This document shows positions 59,404 to 64,000 of a stretch of DNA of 64,000 nucleotides, piece after piece. Source of the stretch: Dehalococcoidia bacterium (lineage in GTDB: Bacteria; Chloroflexota; Dehalococcoidia; Lucifugimonadales; CAZENU01); the NCBI GenBank assembly GCA_965222125.1, contig CBDCTC010000001.1:16731-80730 (forward strand). The letters run 5' to 3'. Positions within the stretch are counted from its first letter, which is position 1, and each line of letters opens with the position of its first letter. The position numbers were made by a program, and so were the translations under genes. A model generated the notes under the pieces. It saw only the letters and a list, made by a program, of their open reading frames with translations, did not search any database and had not been told where the DNA came from.

Positions 59404-61167
59404 ATGCTGTATCCAATCGTAAGGTCGAACATCCTGCTGCTGCTGGCGGTGTCGATTGCGCTTGTCGCTGCTATGGCCTGCACGTCGGATGAGCTGGAGA
59501 ATACTCCGGTTCCGACAACGGCCGCGGTGCAGCCGACCAGCCCGCCAGCCCCGACCGCCGTGCCGGACACGCCGACGCCCGTGGCGGCTGTGCTGCCGCC
59601 GGTTTACCCGGTGGACCCAACCAACGTCGTGCCCCCCGGCACGCAGTTGCACGACGAACAGGTCATCCGGATACCCAACAGGATGTACGATGGTGGCAAG
59701 CCCCCGTGGCAGGATGGGGGCAGGCAGCGTCCGTTCTCGGTATGGGTGTACGGGACACTCTTCCAGATCAACGAAAACGTAGAGCTTCGGCCCTACATAG
59801 CCGTAAGCGCCGAGCCCAACGACGACTTCACGGTCTGGACGTTCAAGCTGCGGGACGACGCCATCTACCAGGACGGGACGCCCATTACGGCCGCGGATTT
59901 CAAGGCCTATTGGGAGTACGGCGCGTTGCCGGAAAACGTTGCGTCGTGGGGAGGCGCCAGCCTAACGATCGGGGTGATAAAGGGCTGGGAGGACTTGAGG
60001 GCAGGTGATACCAGCCAGGCAGAGGGACTTCGCGCCATAGACGAGCAGACGCTGGAGGTCACCTTGAGCGAGCCGATCCCGGGGTTCGTGACCTACGTGG
60101 CAGCCTGGCACACCGGTATTTCGAAGCTCGAACAGGCCCTGGAGGACCCCAGGGCGTGGGACAAGCCCATAGGGGCGGGACCTTACCAGGTCACCATACA
60201 CCCCGACACGGCGACCGCAGAAGCCGTGGCGTGGGACGATGCCGGAGTCCAGTTCTGGGGGCCGTCGCCCTCCATCAGGAAGCTGGAGGTGCTGGGTATT
60301 CAGGACGCCCAGGTCTCGATCATTATGTTCGAGAACGCTGAGCTGGACGCGATGACAGTGGACGCGGCGACTCTCGAGGCGGCGCAGGACCCGTCGCATT
60401 ACATGTACGGGCTGCACTACCACGCCAACTACCCCGGCGTCCAGTACATCAAGAACAAGCTCGACATCGCGCCCATGGAGGACCTGCTGGTCCGCCAGGC
60501 CCTGGGCCACGGGATGGACATGGCCTCCATCGTCAAGGCGGTCTGGGGCAACCTGTCGCTCCCCGCCACGGGCATCATGGGAAAGGGGTTGCCGTGCCAT
60601 AACCCGGACGCGAGGGGCATCTACTACGACCCCGATTTTGCTCGCCAATCGCTGGAGGGCTCGACCTACGGGTCCGGCGATGCCCTTCCGTCGATGTTCC
60701 TCGACGTGGCCAAGGGGGATCTGTCGAACATGGCCGTTTCGATCAAGGAGTACTGGAAGGACAACCTGGACGTAGAGCTGGACGTTATCGCGCGTGAGAG
60801 CGGCCAGGAGCGCCGCGAGGGCTCGCAGTTCTACCGGATCAGCATAGGATCGTGGATACTAGACCCGGCCCAGGTAATCGGCAGCCTGACGCGCACGGAC
60901 TCCATATCGTCGTTGACGCCTCGACCCGGCGGATACCCTGTGCTGGATGCCCTGACCGCGCACGCCAAGCAGCTGCCTCTGGCCCATCCGGACCGCTGCG
61001 CGGCCTTCCAGGCAGTGGAGGAAGAGTACCTGGACAAGGGGTACATGTACCCGATCCAATTCGGCGGAGGAGTGAACTGGATGGTGCAGCCGTGGGTCGT
61101 GGGGTTTGCCGGCACCGCCAACGTGGATATCAATACCCTGCCTTGGATCTACCTGACGAAGCACTAG
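59404..61167 (+). CDS. Family-5 (peptide/nickel) ABC substrate-binding lipoprotein, orphan
   Basis: Lipobox AAMAC, Pro/Thr linker, WTFKLRDDAIYQDGTPITAADF, GAGPY, LVRQAL. No permease in the vicinity. Confidence 0.88.
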   Translation: MLYPIVRSNILLLLAVSIALVAAMACTSDELENTPVPTTAAVQPTSPPAPTAVPDTPTPVAAVLPPVYPVDPTNVVPPGTQLHDEQVIRIPNRMYDGGKPPWQDGGRQRPFSVWVYGTLFQINENVELRPYIAVSAEPNDDFTVWTFKLRDDAIYQDGTPITAADFKAYWEYGALPENVASWGGASLTIGVIKGWEDLRAGDTSQAEGLRAIDEQTLEVTLSEPIPGFVTYVAAWHTGISKLEQALEDPRAWDKPIGAGPYQVTIHPDTATAEAVAWDDAGVQFWGPSPSIRKLEVLGIQDAQVSIIMFENAELDAMTVDAATLEAAQDPSHYMYGLHYHANYPGVQYIKNKLDIAPMEDLLVRQALGHGMDMASIVKAVWGNLSLPATGIMGKGLPCHNPDARGIYYDPDFARQSLEGSTYGSGDALPSMFLDVAKGDLSNMAVSIKEYWKDNLDVELDVIARESGQERREGSQFYRISIGSWILDPAQVIGSLTRTDSISSLTPRPGGYPVLDALTAHAKQLPLAHPDRCAAFQAVEEEYLDKGYMYPIQFGGGVNWMVQPWVVGFAGTANVDINTLPWIYLTKH

Positions 61168-61250
61168 GCCGAGTGTAGGTACGACAAAGGAGAGGAACCG
61201 CCGCCGTAACACAGCGGACGATGGCAACGCGCGGTCTGAGAGTGGCACTA

Positions 61251-61294
61251 GAGGGCCGGGGCTCCAGCAGATTCTGCCTGGAGGTTCGGCCCTC
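61251..61294. other. Long intergenic hairpin
   Basis: GAGGGCCG/CGGCCCTC enclosing CTCCAG/CTGGAG and CAG/CTG. Confidence 0.5.
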
Positions 61295-61346
61295 GTGCAC
61301 TGGCGCTGACCGGTGTCTGCGGGGAAAGCGGCAAGGAGCTAGGGCA

Positions 61347-62126
61347 ATGGCGAGACTCGATACGATCTGGCTACGGCTGGCAATGGCGGTCTCTCTTGCG
61401 CTGATCGTCGCGGCGTGCTCCAGTAGCACGGAGGACGGCGAGGCAGGGACCGGCATCGCCCCCGCCGCGGCGTCCGACACCAGTGGAAGCGACGAGGCGG
61501 GAGCGGGCGAGAGCGCGCTCACCCAGACCTTCGAAATGAGCATGGGGGTCACAAGCCCGGTCTTCAACGACATCAGGCGCATCCCCAAGGCGCATAGCTG
61601 CGGGGGCAAGCTTCCTGACTCTGGGACGTTCTACGAGCAGGGCTACACGGGGGTCCAGACGTACCCGAACACGTCGCCGCAGCTTGATTGGACCGGGGTG
61701 CCCGAGGGCGCCAAGAGCCTGGCGCTGATAATGGACAGCGACGAGTCCTTGGCGAAGGTGACAACGCACTGGATGATCTGGAACGTTCCCGCGGACGCGA
61801 CGGGCCTTCCGGAGGCTGTGGCGACGACGACGGAGGTGCTGTCCATCGGGCCGCGGACCATGCAGGGCGCCAACGGCGAGGGTACGGTGGGGTACGCGGG
61901 GCCATGTCCGGCGCCCGTGACGATGGTCTACCACCGTTTTGGCGACAAGGCAAAGCCCAAGGTGACCTTCACCTACGTGTTCCACGTCTACGCGCTGGAC
62001 ACGGAGCTCGACCTGGGCCCTGACGCGACCAAGGAGACCCTGCTGCAGGCGATGGAAGGCCACGTTATCGGAGGCGGCGAGATCACGGGCCAGTTCGCGG
62101 CCAAGACGAAGAAGCTGGAGCACTGA
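61347..62126 (+). CDS. YbhB/YbcL lipoprotein, paralog 3
   Basis: Lipobox IVAAC, RRIPKAHSC, THWMIWNVP, GYAGPCP, VFHVYALD. Confidence 0.87.
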   Translation: MARLDTIWLRLAMAVSLALIVAACSSSTEDGEAGTGIAPAAASDTSGSDEAGAGESALTQTFEMSMGVTSPVFNDIRRIPKAHSCGGKLPDSGTFYEQGYTGVQTYPNTSPQLDWTGVPEGAKSLALIMDSDESLAKVTTHWMIWNVPADATGLPEAVATTTEVLSIGPRTMQGANGEGTVGYAGPCPAPVTMVYHRFGDKAKPKVTFTYVFHVYALDTELDLGPDATKETLLQAMEGHVIGGGEITGQFAAKTKKLEH

Positions 62127-62224
62127 TCCCCCGTGCCCGGAGATCGGTAGAGAGCCGCGTATCGGCCGCCCGCACACTGTTGAAGCGGCCCTATGCGTGG
62201 CCCTCGTAGGGAGGAGGTAGGGCG

Positions 62225-63004
62225 ATGGTGGGGCTCGGCACCCTTCGATTGCACCTGGCGGCGGCGCTGTCCGTGGCGCTGATCGCCGCGGCGTGCTCCA
62301 GTAGCACGGAGGACGGCGAGGCAGGGACCGGCAGCGCCCCCGCCGCGGCGTCCGACACCAGTGGAAGCGACGAGGCGGGAGCGGGCGAGAGCGCGCTCAC
62401 CCAGACCTTCGTAATGAACATGGAGGTCACAAGCCCGGTCTTCAACGACATCAGGCGCATTCCCAGGGAGCACAGCTGCGGGGGGAAGTTTCCCGACGCG
62501 GGGACGTTCTATGAGCAGGGCTACACGGGCACCGAGACGTACCCGAACACGTCGCCGCCGCTGGAATGGTCGGGCGCGCCCGAGGGGGCGAAGAGCCTGG
62601 CGCTGATAGTGGACAGCGACCAGTCGCTGGCGAAGGTGACGACGCACTGGATGATCTGGAACATCCCCGCGGACGCGGCGGGCCTTTCGGAGGCCGTCGC
62701 GACGACGACGGAGGTGCTGTCCATCGGGCCGCGGACGATGCAGGGCGTCAACGACGAGGGTATGGTGGGGTACGCGGGGCCGTGCCCGGCGCCCGTGACG
62801 ATGGTCTACCACCGTTTTGGCGACAAGGCAAAGCCCAAGGTGACCTTCAACTACGTGTTCCACGTCTACGCGCTGGATACCGAGCTCAATCTGGGACCCG
62901 AGACGACGAAGGAGGACCTCCTGAAGGCGATGGAGGGTCACATAATCGGCGGCGGAGAGATCACGGGCCAGTTCGCGGCCAGGACGAAGAAGATGACGCC
63001 GTAG
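62225..63004 (+). CDS. YbhB/YbcL lipoprotein, paralog 4 (tandem duplicate of 3)
   Basis: Lipobox IAAAC; near-identical to 61347-62126. Confidence 0.87.
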   Translation: MVGLGTLRLHLAAALSVALIAAACSSSTEDGEAGTGSAPAAASDTSGSDEAGAGESALTQTFVMNMEVTSPVFNDIRRIPREHSCGGKFPDAGTFYEQGYTGTETYPNTSPPLEWSGAPEGAKSLALIVDSDQSLAKVTTHWMIWNIPADAAGLSEAVATTTEVLSIGPRTMQGVNDEGMVGYAGPCPAPVTMVYHRFGDKAKPKVTFNYVFHVYALDTELNLGPETTKEDLLKAMEGHIIGGGEITGQFAARTKKMTP

Positions 63005-63095
63005 GTCGGTCTGTTCAGTAAGGCCGGCGAGCGGTCTTGGACCCGTCGGCCGTTCACAGACAGTCTCCACCTGCCGGTGGAGCAGCCGCCCAGAG

Positions 63096-63587
63096 TTACT
63101 CCTCCAGGAAGTCTATCTTCCGCCAGTCGTCCATGAGTACCGCGGCCTTGTCTCGATACTTCCTGATTCGGCCGGAAACGCAAATCTTCTTGCCGTCGAA
63201 CCACCCGCCGGCCAGGTCGATGGACGGGTCCGCAATGTCCGGCCAAGCCGGCCCGTAGCCGGCTTCGCGCTTGGTCTTCCCCCAGAAGAAGACGAGGAAG
63301 TCGGGGTCCTCCGTCTCGAAATCGAGGAACGTAACCTGGGTTCTGTCGAAACTAAGGAACGAGACTGTGGCGGAGGTGGGGTTAACGGAGTTTGGGAGTT
63401 CGAGTTCGGTCTCCGTTGCGACCACGGTGCCACAGACCTTGGCATCTCGCCCCACGTAGTTGATGGGCTTCGCGTCGACAGGGACCTGCGGCTCGACGAC
63501 ATCGGGCTCGCCCCCACCCCCGCAGGCTATCGCGATTGTGGCCACGGCCGTGATCGCGATGATCCAGCCGCGTTTCAGCACCCGCAT
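63096..63587 (-). CDS. Lipoprotein with OB-fold-like domain
   Basis: Lipobox IAIAC; YVGRDAKVCGTV...TFLDF...GKKICVSGRIRKY pattern. Confidence 0.6.
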   Translation of the reverse strand: MRVLKRGWIIAITAVATIAIACGGGGEPDVVEPQVPVDAKPINYVGRDAKVCGTVVATETELELPNSVNPTSATVSFLSFDRTQVTFLDFETEDPDFLVFFWGKTKREAGYGPAWPDIADPSIDLAGGWFDGKKICVSGRIRKYRDKAAVLMDDWRKIDFLEE

Positions 63588-63652
63588 AGAATCTCCAAGT
63601 CTCTCCCGCCGCATCGCTGCTCCTCCTCCTCGATCACTTCGGTCCTACGGGG

Positions 63653-64000
63653 TTACCGCGCCTTTTTGATGTCTTCTATGTCCCGCTCGAGTTGGGCGAC
63701 GTCGTGTCCGCGAGTCGCGGCCTCGCTGACATCTTGCTCCGCTTCGGAGTCCATGCTCAGGCGAGCGCGCGCTAGAGCTCGATTCGCGTAGGCGGGCGCG
63801 TAGCCGGAATCGATGCGGATCGCGGCGTCGAGTGCGGTTAGGGCTAGCTGATGCTGACCCAGCTTCGTGCGCGCCGTGCTGATCTGCACAAGCGCGTCGG
63901 CATGCATGGCCGTGATCTCTTTGGCCCGCTCGAAGTCCCCACTGCGTCGCCGATATCCGGCGTTGGTGAGGAGCCCGCTGGTCGCCGCCTCGAACTCGAC
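63653..64000 (-). CDS. TPR-repeat protein, C-terminal part (starts beyond the window)
   Basis: ALTALDAAIRIDSGYAPAYANRALARARL TPR pattern. Confidence 0.7.
   Translation of the reverse strand, partial: VEFEAATSGLLTNAGYRRRSGDFERAKEITAMHADALVQISTARTKLGQHQLALTALDAAIRIDSGYAPAYANRALARARLSMDSEAEQDVSEAATRGHDVAQLERDIEDIKKAR

Overview
A 64-kb high-GC bacterial window. Gene content (GHL10-like TIM barrels, LarA, orphan family-5 solute-binding lipoprotein, many SDR/AKR/ThDP/PhyH enzymes, lipoproteins with Pro/Thr linkers) suggests Chloroflexota/Dehalococcoidia (SAR202-like), possibly host-associated. That taxonomy is inference only. Three kinds of DNA are interleaved. (i) Catabolic and transport genes, tRNA-Gly(TCC) and an unannotated ~190-nt rod-shaped 6S-like RNA candidate. 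(ii) A HAD hydrolase gene split by a 3,756-bp transposase-free insertion bounded by a 4-bp CGCT repeat. The insert carries a truncated helicase/Rep-like module and a lipoprotein with a 39-triplet collagen stalk and a trypsin-like protease. A non-coding 82-bp double-hairpin array and a Fic gene follow. (iii) An IS-dense, pseudogene-rich island (~38.2-50.9 kb) with two IS1380 types and IS1182 debris, ending in a tRNA-Leu-like 3' fragment. Other highlights: a 25-bp palindrome inserted into one of three IS copies (filled and empty sites both visible), an IS that splits a sigma70 promoter, an NCS2 permease fused to a degenerate RsbW-like domain, and four YbhB/YbcL (PEBP) lipoprotein paralogs. All calls come from reading the sequence and recalled family motifs; no searches were run.
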